DNA of 64,000 nt from a virus. The stretch spans positions 58,159 to 122,158 of the IMG/VR virus record IMGVR_UViG_3300000228_000002, one strand, 5' to 3'. How positions within the stretch are numbered: position 1 is the first letter of the stretch; every line of letters starts with the position of its first letter. The notes below the pieces were generated by a model that saw only the letters and a program-made list of their open reading frames with translations, had not been told where the DNA came from and did no database searches. Of the stretch, positions 18,726 to 29,353 are shown one piece after another. A program made the translations under genes and the position numbers.

Positions 18726-20109
18726 TTTAGATAACATTTCAGATTTACTAAGTGGAGCAGTTAAAGCAGCAGAGAAAGCTACTAAGCTAACATCTGTTTT
18801 CCAGAATAAGAGATTGGACGGAAAGCTAGTCCGATCGACTGGGTTACTATACCTAGACTACAAGATAGGTGGTGGTATTCCTTCAGGTAAGATCATCGGT
18901 ATTTCGTCTGATGAACACATGGGTAAATCAGCCCTTATGGCAGAAATGACGTGGGAACAATTACAAGATGGTGGTCACACGGTGTATTTCGACGGGGAAG
19001 GTACACAAGATCCAATTTTCTTAGGGAAAAGAGGTATCGATTATCAGTCATACCGTGGAAGAAGAAACAAAAATGGCGACCTTATTCCGGGCCAGAGAGA
19101 TAAAGTGTGGTTCTATCAACCGCATACTGGCGATCAATTCAAAAAATACATTCACATGCTCTGTACTGCACTACCTGAGAACAGAGAATTACAAAAACCA
19201 CCACTATTGTTCGGACTAGATTCGGCACTTTCTATCGTATCTGGTGATATTGCAGAAAATATTGATGGTAACAACACAGCAATGCATGCCAAAATGTATT
19301 CTGAGCTCCTACCCATCGTGAATGCGTCTCTACTTCGTTCGGGTGCTTCTCTGGTCTATACCAACCAACTTCGAGAAGATGTTGGTGCAGGTTTCAAAGG
19401 TATGGGGGACACAAAGTATGAACCAGGTGGTAAAGCACTAGGATTCTTTGCTTCATGTCGTTTGCGCCTTCAGAAATCTAAAGCCAAGATGAATAACGGT
19501 ATAGACGACCATCCTTTCCACGAAGAGTTCATCCCAGATATTAAGCCTAAAGCAGGCGGTGTATGGGAAGAAGGAACAACAATGGAGAAGGACAACAATC
19601 TTGATCGTTCCATTATTGTACAGTTCAAAACAATTAAGAACAAGTTCTTTACACCATTCAAAGTAGGTTACTACAGAATCGTTTTCGAATCTGCAGGTGA
19701 GACTGGTTATGGTTTCTGCCCAGTATTCGATGTGTTCTCTACTCTTCTAGAAATGGGCCTTATTGTTAAGGCTAACAACAAGAAGACATATAAGCTGAAC
19801 TTGGATGAGAAAACCAAAGAAATTGAAAAGTGGTTACCAGCAGTTTTCGATTACTACACACTTAAAGCGGCTATCCTAGCTCATGATAAGCGTGAATTAA
19901 TTCAAGCTATTAGAAGAATCACTATTGAGTCTGGATGGGCTTACGAAGGTGTAGCTGTTGAGGTTTCACCAGAGACAGAAGAATTCGATCCTGCTACTGG
20001 CGAAGTTTACGAAGTTCCTGCAGTGGCATTACCTGTTGGAGCACCACCAGTTCCAGGAGCACCACCAGTTCCAGGCATGGGCATTATGAACAAAGGGAAA
20101 ACCAAATGA
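18712..20109 (+). CDS. recA: RecA/UvsX-like recombinase
   Basis: STG...LD..IGGGIP.G, GKS, YFDGE, LDS, TNQLRE, EPGGKALGFFAS.R, KNK...PF. Confidence 0.9.
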   Translation: MGLSSLDNISDLLSGAVKAAEKATKLTSVFQNKRLDGKLVRSTGLLYLDYKIGGGIPSGKIIGISSDEHMGKSALMAEMTWEQLQDGGHTVYFDGEGTQDPIFLGKRGIDYQSYRGRRNKNGDLIPGQRDKVWFYQPHTGDQFKKYIHMLCTALPENRELQKPPLLFGLDSALSIVSGDIAENIDGNNTAMHAKMYSELLPIVNASLLRSGASLVYTNQLREDVGAGFKGMGDTKYEPGGKALGFFASCRLRLQKSKAKMNNGIDDHPFHEEFIPDIKPKAGGVWEEGTTMEKDNNLDRSIIVQFKTIKNKFFTPFKVGYYRIVFESAGETGYGFCPVFDVFSTLLEMGLIVKANNKKTYKLNLDEKTKEIEKWLPAVFDYYTLKAAILAHDKRELIQAIRRITIESGWAYEGVAVEVSPETEEFDPATGEVYEVPAVALPVGAPPVPGAPPVPGMGIMNKGKTK

Positions 20110-20468
20110 ATATAAGCATTGACTCACAAGATTTGTTAGATATTCTACTTGAAGCCGGAATTCAGACCGTAGATGCCAAGGCTCTAATTCTTGATATTTT
20201 GACTCTTCAGGAAAATGCAAAGAAGCCACCTGAACAGAAGCCTACTGCACCAGCAGCACCTACTGCACCAGCACCAAAACATGAAGTTAGAACTCAAGTA
20301 GCAGAGAATAAAGTCTATGGTGATACTGTACAAGAGGATCAGGAAGGTCATGAGGAAGAAGAGGAACAAAGACCTGCTATCACCCGTGTTCAGGGCAAAT
20401 CAGTAAATGGGTCTCGACCTAAATTTGATGGCTTTGGCGGTGATTCTACGGGAGCACTTCGCAGATGA
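20106..20468 (+). CDS. hypothetical protein
   Basis: ATGA-coupled ORF. Confidence 0.65.
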   Translation: MNISIDSQDLLDILLEAGIQTVDAKALILDILTLQENAKKPPEQKPTAPAAPTAPAPKHEVRTQVAENKVYGDTVQEDQEGHEEEEEQRPAITRVQGKSVNGSRPKFDGFGGDSTGALRR

Positions 20469-20797
20469 GTAAGAAAAAAAGAGAAAACCAAGATAGCCAA
20501 GCAATAGTTTACGCTTGGCTATCAGATTTTGACCCCAAGACGGTACAAGGCAATGTCTTGGAATCCAATATTGAATATCTAGAGAAGACGATATCAAGAC
20601 TGGAAGGTCTGATGATAAAGTCTAGTGGAGACTCTAAAACAGCCTCCACAGCCAGAGCTCGAGCCATAGCGCGAGACACCGAAAAGAGTGTAGCTGGTTT
20701 AATAAACGGAATCAAGTATGGAATATCATTCCTACTTCATGGTAAAGAGGTCAACTTAGATGAAAACAATTCTAGCCAAGGGGAAGAGCTTCAATAG
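20465..20797 (+). CDS. hypothetical protein
   Basis: ATGA-coupled ORF. Confidence 0.65.
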   Translation: MSKKKRENQDSQAIVYAWLSDFDPKTVQGNVLESNIEYLEKTISRLEGLMIKSSGDSKTASTARARAIARDTEKSVAGLINGIKYGISFLLHGKEVNLDENNSSQGEELQ

Positions 20798-21776
20798 CTT
20801 TATCCAAACTAGCGACATTCATATTGGTGAGTCAAGAAATTATGCAGGTTACTTGGAAAGACACAAAGATGTCCTGTGGCAAATTATTGCTATAGCCAAG
20901 AAGAACAAATGCCCAATACTTATTCCAGGGGACTTATTCCATCGGGATGATACTAAACATGATGAATTAAAACTGGCATATGATTTCATTGCAGAGATTG
21001 AATCTCAAGGCATATACTGTATTATTACACCAGGAAATCATGATCATATTGAGGGAACCAAGACACAATTGGACCCACTTAAAAATCTACCATTCAAATA
21101 CGTTAAAATAGTCACATGGGAAACCGAAATTATCGAGCTTGGAAACATTGGTATCATAGCCATGTCATGGCAAGACTATACTGAAGAACAAATTGAAAAG
21201 ATCGTTAGCCATCATCTGCCTCTAATAGCTGAGTGTGAGCACAAGATTGTCATGGTTCATGAATTCATGTATGGTTCGGTTATGGATAATGGAAAAATCA
21301 TTTCCAAGGGACAGAAGCTTCCTAAGACTCTACCGCAGATTAACTACTGGGCAGTAGGCGACATTCATAAGCATCAACCAGCCGGTATGCCAAATGCATG
21401 GTATGCCGGTTCTCCACTTCAGTTCAAATTTGATGATGTCAGAGAGAAGGGAGTGATTAAAGTAAACTTCCCATTCAGAGAGAAACCAGAATTTATCCAA
21501 CTAAAGTTCAAACCATTCATCACTGTGGAAAGTCCAGATCAGATGACAGAAGATGCATATTACTATCTTAAGGCCGATGCCCAGACAGTAGTTAATGCAT
21601 CCAAAGACAAAAGAATAGTAAGAGCCGAATGGGTACACGAAGAACAAACTGCTACTGCTGGTCTATCCGATATATCTATTACAGATGGTCTGGCAGAGAT
21701 TTTGGCTTCAAAAGGTCTTGGAGAAGATTGGCAGGTAAAGGGTGTTGAATTCGCTAATTCAATAATGAGGCAATAA
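20760..21776 (+). CDS. sbcD: SbcD/Mre11 (gp47-like) nuclease
   Basis: SDIHIG, PGDLFH, PGNHD, GDIHK, YAGSP. Confidence 0.9.
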   Translation: MKTILAKGKSFNSFIQTSDIHIGESRNYAGYLERHKDVLWQIIAIAKKNKCPILIPGDLFHRDDTKHDELKLAYDFIAEIESQGIYCIITPGNHDHIEGTKTQLDPLKNLPFKYVKIVTWETEIIELGNIGIIAMSWQDYTEEQIEKIVSHHLPLIAECEHKIVMVHEFMYGSVMDNGKIISKGQKLPKTLPQINYWAVGDIHKHQPAGMPNAWYAGSPLQFKFDDVREKGVIKVNFPFREKPEFIQLKFKPFITVESPDQMTEDAYYYLKADAQTVVNASKDKRIVRAEWVHEEQTATAGLSDISITDGLAEILASKGLGEDWQVKGVEFANSIMRQ

Positions 21777-22027
21777 TGAAACTAGGAATCACAAAGTATT
21801 CACCATTAGATATCGACACACTTTTGTCTGGTACCAAACGTACTTTATCTCCCAATGAGAAATCCGATTATTACATGACTTTTGCAGATAGCGAGGGCTT
21901 CAAATCAAGGGTTTGCATTGTATTCAACTCATTGGAATATTTAAAGAAGAGATCCAACATAACTATTTTAGATGAAGACAACATCACAATAGCAGAAGTT
22001 GTGGAAAAGATAAAGGCTTCCAAATGA
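21776..22027 (+). CDS. hypothetical protein
   Basis: Translationally coupled ORF. Confidence 0.6.
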   Translation: MKLGITKYSPLDIDTLLSGTKRTLSPNEKSDYYMTFADSEGFKSRVCIVFNSLEYLKKRSNITILDEDNITIAEVVEKIKASK

Positions 22028-23040
22028 AATATTTAATAACCGGTGCAGCAGGGTTCATAGGCTCAAACCTTGTACATCTTCTCAAGAAAAACAAGCCTGA
22101 AGCACAAATACTTATAGTTGATAAGATGGGTGTAGGATCTGACCCTAAGAACATCGAAGAGAGATATAACGGTACGGTAGACTTAAGGGTAGCAGATGTC
22201 ACAGACTACGAGGCTATCAAATGTATTGTAGGAGAATTCAAACCGAATTACCTAGTTCATGCTGCTGCAGAAAGTCATGTAGATCGATCTATTGATCATC
22301 CCCATTCATTTGTTGAGTCTAATATTATAGGAACCCTGAACATTCTGGAAGCTGTTAGGTCTAATGATGACCTAATCCATAGCACAAAAATCACGTTTAT
22401 CTCCACTGACGAGGTCTATGGTCAATTGGGGCCAGAAGATGCACCATTTGTGGAAGGACTCAAACATAAACCAAGTTCGGTGTATTCAGCCTCTAAATCG
22501 GCAGGGGAGGCACTGGTTCATGCCTATATCAAAACGTATGGTATGGATATTAGTATCACCAATTGTTCCAATAATTTTGGGCCTCGTCAACATGATGAAA
22601 AGTTTATACCAAAAACGATCAAGAGTATGCTCCAAGGTGATCCTGTTGAAGTTTATGGAAATGGCTCAAACATTAGAGACTGGATATACGTAGACGATCA
22701 CAACGAAGCACTTTTGAAAGTTATTCATGGTGGTCTGATAGGTAAGAACTACAACATCGGTGGTGGTAACGAGAGGACTAATCTCCAGATCGTTGAGGAT
22801 ATAAGAGAGATCGTATTCTCAGAGCCATACCTAGAATATATTAAAGAATATCACAATATTGAACTGAATCCACTCTCGATTAAGTTCGTTGCAGATCGTA
22901 AGGGTCACGATACCAGATATGCAGTAGACTACACAGCTACATCCAAAGAGCTTGGTTGGAATCCCGACACGAATAAATACAAAGAGAGACTTCAAGATAC
23001 AGTTAAATGGTATGTTGACAAGTTAAGAAACTTGAACTGA
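22024..23040 (+). CDS. rmlB: dTDP-glucose 4,6-dehydratase
   Basis: ITGAAGFIGSN, HAAAESHVDRSI, ISTDEVYG, YSASK, NCSNNFGP, DRKGHD.RY. Confidence 0.95.
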   Translation: MKYLITGAAGFIGSNLVHLLKKNKPEAQILIVDKMGVGSDPKNIEERYNGTVDLRVADVTDYEAIKCIVGEFKPNYLVHAAAESHVDRSIDHPHSFVESNIIGTLNILEAVRSNDDLIHSTKITFISTDEVYGQLGPEDAPFVEGLKHKPSSVYSASKSAGEALVHAYIKTYGMDISITNCSNNFGPRQHDEKFIPKTIKSMLQGDPVEVYGNGSNIRDWIYVDDHNEALLKVIHGGLIGKNYNIGGGNERTNLQIVEDIREIVFSEPYLEYIKEYHNIELNPLSIKFVADRKGHDTRYAVDYTATSKELGWNPDTNKYKERLQDTVKWYVDKLRNLN

Positions 23041-23050
23041 TGAGGATAAA

Positions 23051-23293
23051 ATGAAACCTTTTCTAAATGAGATTACTATCTGTGATCAGATACGCCCAAG
23101 AAGAACCTATCTAATCAATGGAAAGCCAGAAAAAATAGTGCGATTTATACCAATGCAAAATAGAGAGGGGATGATCGAAGATATTGAGATTTTGCTAGAT
23201 AAAAAACAAAATCGATATTTTTCATGGAATCTATTTAAAAATGGTAAGTCATGGGTCAAAAATATTTATGAAGTTAAGGTGAGTAGATTATGA
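23051..23293 (+). CDS. hypothetical protein
   Basis: 80 aa ORF with GAGG SD. Confidence 0.65.
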   Translation: MKPFLNEITICDQIRPRRTYLINGKPEKIVRFIPMQNREGMIEDIEILLDKKQNRYFSWNLFKNGKSWVKNIYEVKVSRL

Positions 23294-23409
23294 GTAAGAG
23301 AAATCGAATCACTAATGAGGCTCTCTGCGCTCAGGTCAGAGCAAGATCATGTGAGGCTTGCGGTAAATCGGTGGCCGGTGAATGCCATCACATCAAGGAA
23401 GGTAAATGA
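23290..23409 (+). pseudogene. truncated HNH-type remnant (39 aa)
   Basis: ATGA-coupled on both sides; CEACG....ECHHI then a stop. Confidence 0.45.
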
Positions 23410-24224
23410 ATCAACCACAACAGTTCGGAAATTTAAAACTCAAACCTATGACGAACCAGGATATCCAAAATTTGGATCAACCTTTGCCACCAACTCCGGA
23501 TCAACAGCCTGATGAGAATGACATTTTTGTCCAGGCAAGAAAAATGAATCAACCACAACCGGAAGCATCGAAACCTGCACCGAAAAAGAACGATCTAGAG
23601 GATAAAGCAATTAATATGCACCCTGTCCTCAGGAAGCTCAAATCGAAACTGGGTATTGATAGAATCACCGTTCACAAGAAATCTGTGTTGGTTGATGGGG
23701 AAGTGTTTGAGTTTGGTTTCACAGAGTATTCAGAAGACCTCAACATTTGGTGCCTTACTGAGTCTAGAAACCAATTGATCAGAGGCGAAACTGACGAAAA
23801 AGCCATGAGCACATACAACATTCTAAGAGTTGGGTGTTCTCTAGTTTCTATCAATAATTGCCCGTCCTACGAGGTTTATGGGATTGAACCTAGAGAGGGA
23901 GAGATTCCAGCTAGCAGTCAATATTTGTTGTCTGATAGACTTCGCAAAGCCGTAGCTGTCGAATTCAACCAATTCATCACGAAAGAGGGTGTTGCGTTTG
24001 TAGACATCCTAGAGCAATTCTGGCAAGAGAAAATTCTATCTAGGGTTAGCATTATTTCGGGCAATGCACTAGCCCCAAATGAGGGAGCATTCGTCTGCGA
24101 AATAGCAGGTTGTACGTTTGTACACACAGGCTCTACGACTAAAGAACATTATTGTGTCGAACATGGTGTTAAACTCAAAAAGTCGCTAACCCTAGCTGAA
24201 CAGGATTCACTCCCTTTGGCCTAA
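23406..24224 (+). CDS. tail assembly chaperone-like protein (short form)
   Basis: Ends at a slippery heptamer, with the -1 frame continuing into ORF 24308 (gpG/gpGT-type architecture). Confidence 0.6.
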   Translation: MNQPQQFGNLKLKPMTNQDIQNLDQPLPPTPDQQPDENDIFVQARKMNQPQPEASKPAPKKNDLEDKAINMHPVLRKLKSKLGIDRITVHKKSVLVDGEVFEFGFTEYSEDLNIWCLTESRNQLIRGETDEKAMSTYNILRVGCSLVSINNCPSYEVYGIEPREGEIPASSQYLLSDRLRKAVAVEFNQFITKEGVAFVDILEQFWQEKILSRVSIISGNALAPNEGAFVCEIAGCTFVHTGSTTKEHYCVEHGVKLKKSLTLAEQDSLPLA

Positions 24225-24274
24225 AGGCTACTAACCTCGACCCAGACCTAAAGATTATAGGTCAGTTAGCAGCC
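24212..24274 (+). promoter_or_regulatory. -1 programmed frameshift signal CCCTTTG with hairpin
   Basis: C CCT TTG in frame; stem GGCTACTAAC/GTTAGCAGCC with inner GACCTA/TAGGTC starting 7 nt downstream. Confidence 0.75.
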
Positions 24275-24718
24275 AGAGGTGGGTATACACTAGAACAGAT
24301 TTCGCATATGGATTATGCCGAGATTTTGTATATTCATTATCATCAAGACCTAATGGAACAAGCCAGATACCAACAGCTATTCAAGGCTCTTGGTGTGTTG
24401 TGGAGTAAAGAAGACCTAGCCAAACCTACCAAGAGAGATCCTAATGCCCCCGAGCCAGATGAGGTGTTCATACCTTTATCTATGGTTATCAACCCGAAAG
24501 TACTGGATATAGTTCGGTCGGACAAATCTTCAAATAGAAAAGAGGGTGAGGGAGTCAAGGTATTGTCTGATGGTACCCCTATCGATAAATCGCTTGGGCC
24601 AGTCAAATCTATGTCAGACCTGACTAAGGACGAGTTCTTCAATCTTATTGGACAACCTATGCCATCCAGAATGTCTAAGGAATCCAAAGAGAAAATGAAA
24701 GAGAAGTGGGTAAAGTAG
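24218..24718 (+). CDS. frameshift extension (gpT-like) of the chaperone
   Basis: -1 frame open from 24218 through ORF 24308-24718. Confidence 0.65.
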   Translation, partial: GLKATNLDPDLKIIGQLAARGGYTLEQISHMDYAEILYIHYHQDLMEQARYQQLFKALGVLWSKEDLAKPTKRDPNAPEPDEVFIPLSMVINPKVLDIVRSDKSSNRKEGEGVKVLSDGTPIDKSLGPVKSMSDLTKDEFFNLIGQPMPSRMSKESKEKMKEKWVK

Positions 24719-24742
24719 TGCGTTCTAGGTTAGATTTATAAC

Positions 24743-25246
24743 ATGCCAATATTACTGCCAAACCATGAAAATTTTTCAATAACAGAGTACAATAGCTGTC
24801 TGGGTAAACCTTATTTAGCAAAGTTTTGGACCAAGATCAGTGGGGCAGGTACAGCAACCTTTAGTATACCGGGTATACAGTTTACTGGGATAAGCACATG
24901 GATGCTTAACTCGTATATCCCTGTAGAAGTGTTCCAAGGATTTTTTGCCAACTTTTCACACCATTCACTTACTGGTGCAGCAACTGTTGCAATAAGTGTT
25001 GAATGCTACGATGACACTAAGGTACTATTAGGTACTAGAAACTGTTTTTTCTCTGGTGCTTCACCAGTAGGATATACTAACGTTCAAGCATTTATCACTG
25101 GTAGCGGAGCCACTGCAACCAATTACATTGCAGGCACGTATTTCATCAGAGTGAAGGTTACAGTATCAGCCAATACTGGTAACTACTTTCTGTACAGACC
25201 ATATTTTGACTACATGCCATATGCCCAACAAGCTCTCTACGTCTAA
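24743..25246 (+). CDS. probable virion beta-sandwich protein
   Basis: Gly/Thr/aromatic-rich, beta-strand-like pattern. Confidence 0.5.
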   Translation: MPILLPNHENFSITEYNSCLGKPYLAKFWTKISGAGTATFSIPGIQFTGISTWMLNSYIPVEVFQGFFANFSHHSLTGAATVAISVECYDDTKVLLGTRNCFFSGASPVGYTNVQAFITGSGATATNYIAGTYFIRVKVTVSANTGNYFLYRPYFDYMPYAQQALYV

Positions 25247-25288
25247 TTTCCTTTCCTAAAAAGCGTTATAATACGTGAAGGAAAAGCT

Positions 25289-25840
25289 ATGAGACTTGCT
25301 CTTGTCAGGAATAAAGAAAAGCATAACGGGTTCACCATTAAAGACTTGGATTCGGACACTGAATTCTTCTATTTAGATGGAAATGGTAGTTGTTCCCTTC
25401 CGACTATCATGCTTTCAGTAGATCCACACGTAGTGTATGGTATGAGTCACCCATCTACTGTCACAAGACTATTCCAGGATGGGCCGCAGATTCTTTTGAC
25501 CACAAAAAAGCTAGCTCATACACTCTATGAGCACGGAATGAAAGCCTGTTGGAGCCAAATTGTTCTCGGTAACACCCCAGTGTATACCCAGATGAACACC
25601 TTCTACACAGTTCAGGATGAGTTCGAGTTCTCGCCATATAAAGGCATTACCATTATTGCAAAAGTTCATGGTAAAGAAGACAAACCATTCTTGGAAATTG
25701 TGGTTAAAACTGGTGCAGATCCAGTGTACTACAACAAGGCTTATGTGATTTGCCCTTCTGGCATAAAACCGCAGGTTAATAACCCTGTGGAGAAGTTCAT
25801 AAATCCCGACACAATCATGGATTATGCACTGATAGCTTAA
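25289..25840 (+). CDS. hypothetical protein
   Basis: 183 aa ORF; TATAAT and AAGGA upstream. Confidence 0.65.
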   Translation: MRLALVRNKEKHNGFTIKDLDSDTEFFYLDGNGSCSLPTIMLSVDPHVVYGMSHPSTVTRLFQDGPQILLTTKKLAHTLYEHGMKACWSQIVLGNTPVYTQMNTFYTVQDEFEFSPYKGITIIAKVHGKEDKPFLEIVVKTGADPVYYNKAYVICPSGIKPQVNNPVEKFINPDTIMDYALIA

Positions 25841-26773
25841 ATGTCTGAGAAGTTAATACATTTAATCATAAACGAATTGAGCGGACTCAATTATCACCCA
25901 GTTAGTGATAAGAGGATCAAAATTCATTGTCCGTTCCACACGGACTCTAACCCATCTCTAAACGTAGCTTTAGGTCACCCAAAGTTACCTCCTGGTTCGT
26001 TCAAATGTTTCTCCTGTGGTGAGAAAGGAACGTGGAACAAGTTAGCCGAAAGGCTCAAGCTCAAAACCTATCATGATGGCGATCTAAAGAAGTACTATGA
26101 TAAATCGCAGAAATTTGATGACGATCCATTTCAGGATTTAGGCAAGGAAATACAAAGAGCCATCGGTGGTGGTGACAATCTTTATGTAAAGGATGGTTTA
26201 GAGGAATTGCCATTTGACTTTCAATGGAGAGGAATAGGCAGAGACTTCTGGATTGGCCTTGGTTGCCAGTATTATTGGGACTACAAAAAGGATCAATTCT
26301 ATCTCTACATGCCAATGACCATGTATGGTAAGTACATTGGATACACTTTATCAGCAATGACACCGGATCCGGATCACGGAGTTCCTAAGTATCAAACATT
26401 TGCCCAGACGGAGTTTGCCCTTCTCAACTACGATAGTCTGGTTCCCAATAGCACAATAGTAATTGTTGAAGGGCATTTTGACACATGGAGAATGATGAGT
26501 TACAGGTTCAACTGTACGGGCATGATAGGAACTGAAAACTGGTCCAAATACAAGACAGCTTCCATTAAGGCAAAACTACCTAAAAGGGTGATAATATGTA
26601 CTGATGGCGATCAACCTGGATACAAGGCCGGAAATATGCTCAATGAGCTATTTACCGCCGAAGGAATCGACACCGTCTATTACAAACTGCCAGAATTTCC
26701 AAAACCTAATGCACTCGACCCAGGCAACATGCCAATAGAGTACATCGAAGATCTTAGAAGGTATATCATATGA
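25841..26773 (+). CDS. dnaG: DNA primase (CHC2 zinc finger and TOPRIM)
   Basis: CPFH.D.NPS, FKCFSCG, VEGHFD, DGDQPG, DP. Confidence 0.9.
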   Translation: MSEKLIHLIINELSGLNYHPVSDKRIKIHCPFHTDSNPSLNVALGHPKLPPGSFKCFSCGEKGTWNKLAERLKLKTYHDGDLKKYYDKSQKFDDDPFQDLGKEIQRAIGGGDNLYVKDGLEELPFDFQWRGIGRDFWIGLGCQYYWDYKKDQFYLYMPMTMYGKYIGYTLSAMTPDPDHGVPKYQTFAQTEFALLNYDSLVPNSTIVIVEGHFDTWRMMSYRFNCTGMIGTENWSKYKTASIKAKLPKRVIICTDGDQPGYKAGNMLNELFTAEGIDTVYYKLPEFPKPNALDPGNMPIEYIEDLRRYII

Positions 26774-29055
26774 AGTTGAAAAGAGTCACTATCAAGAATA
26801 TCAGAACTTTCAAAGAGGAAACATTTCCTCTTGAGGATAGAGGATTAGTCTCTATCATTGGTATGAACGGTGCCGGTAAGACCACCCTATTCAATGCAAT
26901 ACGAGCCAACCTATTCAATGCAATGAACGACAAGTCAAAATTTGACGACCTTGTCAGAAATAAGAAAGATGCACAGATAGTTGTCGAATTCGAGAATAAC
27001 GGAAAAGAGTACGTGTCCGACTTATCTCGTATCAAAGGCAAGTGGATATACGAAATTCTAGAAGATAGGGTCAATGTCACTCCTCATAATCAGATCGACG
27101 CTAGAAAGATACCAGCTATTGCTATCGGTATCACTGCAGAAGAATGGGATGCGGCTATTCAGCTTTCTCAGAAAGGTTCACATGTTCTAGTTTCAGGGAC
27201 ACCAGCCAAAAGAAAAGAGTACATCTCCGAATTCTTTGGAATCGATGATAAGTACGACGTAATTCAAGACAAATCAAAAGAAGAATTAAAGTCAGTAGAA
27301 GCGGCTATTAGAGAAATCGAGTCTTATTCACACACCAAACAAGCATTAGAAGAAGAACTAAAGCAAACCCACGTTGTTGATGTCAGCACGGAAGAAGCCA
27401 AAGTACAAGAACTTGGAAACAAAATCCAGGAAATCAAGAAGAAAGCAGATGCTCTTAGAGGTGTTCTTACTCTTCAGAGAACTTGGGAGCAGTACTCAGC
27501 CGATGCCTATCCTGCAGAATTTGAGCAGGTAGATGCATCTGCATGGCTACACCACTTCCAAAATGAGAAATTGTCTCTTGAATCAAGAGTAAACAACTAC
27601 AAGAAAGCTAGTGAATATAACACTAGAGTAGAAGTTTCTAATCAGCAATACGACAGTCTTGAGAAGTGGTTGAGTGACAATAGCCTATTAGCATCAAGAT
27701 ATACTGAACCATCAAGCGCATATGTGAACGAGAGAGCAACACTGAGAGCCAAAAAGCAGATTGCTCAATCACGGAACCTTTACACTACCCAATTGAAAGA
27801 ACTTCAACACCTAGAAGGGAAAGTTCTACAAGACACGACTAGCGACGAACGGGCTCTATCGGAAATGAGATCAGAGTATGCTGTTATGTCTGCTAAGTAC
27901 ACGGCCACTATGAACGGTAAATGTCCAACCTGCGGATCTGAGTTTTCTCATGATCATGTTATGGGCGACTATCAAAAGTTAGTAGACCTAGGGAACAAGA
28001 TCACAGAGTACGACCAAAAGATTGCTGCTATCAAAATCGAGAACGTTCAAATAGGGAAATACTCAAGCATTCAACAGCAACTAGCCAACATTCCAGAATT
28101 TACTTCGAATGAAGACCTTCATCTTTCTGGCCTTGAGCAAGATATAGACAAGGTAATCGACTATCAGAACAAGAAGAAAGTCTTTGAAGGTATGACCAAA
28201 TCAGAGCCGATGGATTTAGGGGTTCTACCTACTGAACAAGAAGTGGCTCAAAACAAAGTGAACCTTGACTTCTACCAGAAAATGGTCAATGCTCGATCTA
28301 TCTGTCCTCAGTCTGCCCCATCAGAAATTTCATCTACTGAAATCGAAGCTGAGATTTCAAGAATGTCAAAAGAAGTTCTGCCTCTTGAAGAAGAAATAGT
28401 AGTTCTACGTTCTTCTATTATGGCAGCAGACAAGATGAAACAATCCAAGAAGAGAATTGAGGACCAGATTGAAACTATCAATCAGAAATTTGGAACTCTG
28501 GGTAAACTCCACGAAGAGGAGCTATTCTGGAAATCTATGGTGTTTGCCTATGGTCCTAAGGGTTTAAGAGTTATTCAGTTACAAAAAATTATGGACCTGA
28601 TCCTCTCAGTTCTGCCTGCTTATACTGCCAGAATGTTCAATGGCAAGAGAATATCTTTCTCAACCGAGGTAGATGCTGGTAGTATTTCCATTATTGCCAC
28701 ACGTGAAGATGACGAAGGTACCTATACCAACGATATTTCAAGCTTGTCCGGTGGTGAGGCATCTAAGATGACAGTGTGTCTAATCTTTGCAGTAGCCAAA
28801 GCAAGATTGGCCAAGAAGAAATCCAATATTATCGTCTTGGATGAGGTTGATGCTCAAGTGGATGAAGAAGGGAAATTCTTGTTCGTAAATGAGCTCCTAC
28901 CTATGATGAGAGATGAATTCGAGTCAGTATTCGTTATTTCTCACTCTAAGGACACATCGCAGACAGCAATTTTCGACGAGAACCTGTTGTTCAGCAAGCC
29001 AGAGAATCTTCACTACACTGAAATAAGAAGCTTGGGTAAGTCGATAGGGAACTGA
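26770..29055 (+). CDS. sbcC: SbcC/Rad50 (gp46-like) ATPase
   Basis: GMNGAGKTT, coiled coil with CPTCG hook, LSGGE, VLDEVD, ISH. Confidence 0.92.
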   Translation: MKLKRVTIKNIRTFKEETFPLEDRGLVSIIGMNGAGKTTLFNAIRANLFNAMNDKSKFDDLVRNKKDAQIVVEFENNGKEYVSDLSRIKGKWIYEILEDRVNVTPHNQIDARKIPAIAIGITAEEWDAAIQLSQKGSHVLVSGTPAKRKEYISEFFGIDDKYDVIQDKSKEELKSVEAAIREIESYSHTKQALEEELKQTHVVDVSTEEAKVQELGNKIQEIKKKADALRGVLTLQRTWEQYSADAYPAEFEQVDASAWLHHFQNEKLSLESRVNNYKKASEYNTRVEVSNQQYDSLEKWLSDNSLLASRYTEPSSAYVNERATLRAKKQIAQSRNLYTTQLKELQHLEGKVLQDTTSDERALSEMRSEYAVMSAKYTATMNGKCPTCGSEFSHDHVMGDYQKLVDLGNKITEYDQKIAAIKIENVQIGKYSSIQQQLANIPEFTSNEDLHLSGLEQDIDKVIDYQNKKKVFEGMTKSEPMDLGVLPTEQEVAQNKVNLDFYQKMVNARSICPQSAPSEISSTEIEAEISRMSKEVLPLEEEIVVLRSSIMAADKMKQSKKRIEDQIETINQKFGTLGKLHEEELFWKSMVFAYGPKGLRVIQLQKIMDLILSVLPAYTARMFNGKRISFSTEVDAGSISIIATREDDEGTYTNDISSLSGGEASKMTVCLIFAVAKARLAKKKSNIIVLDEVDAQVDEEGKFLFVNELLPMMRDEFESVFVISHSKDTSQTAIFDENLLFSKPENLHYTEIRSLGKSIGN

Positions 29056-29125
29056 TTTTCGCTCCCCGTTAGTTAATTTCTAAGAAAAGCAAGCCACCTC
29101 CCTTGAAGGTGCTTTAACTAATGGG

Positions 29126-29353
29126 TTGTTTATGGTCGTTCGTTCTTACTACAAAGATGGAGCTTTATCAGGTATCATCGAAGTCACAAAAATGGTTGAC
29201 TCGAAGCCAGCTCAGTATCAAATGTGCCTGATCCACTCGATCAACGGCATACTGTTAAAGAAAGATTTTGATTCAGCAGACAAGGCCTTTAGTAAGGCTA
29301 CCACTCTCGGCTACATCAGAACGAAATGGAATACTAAAGAGATCAAACTATGA
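29126..29353 (+). CDS. hypothetical protein
   Basis: 75 aa ORF coupled to the collagen gene. Confidence 0.5.
   Translation: MFMVVRSYYKDGALSGIIEVTKMVDSKPAQYQMCLIHSINGILLKKDFDSADKAFSKATTLGYIRTKWNTKEIKL

Noticed and set aside
20090-20109. AAAGGGAAAA near the recA stop as a third frameshift site
   Set aside because: GGGAAAA is not in X XXY YYZ phase, and the next gene is ATGA-coupled
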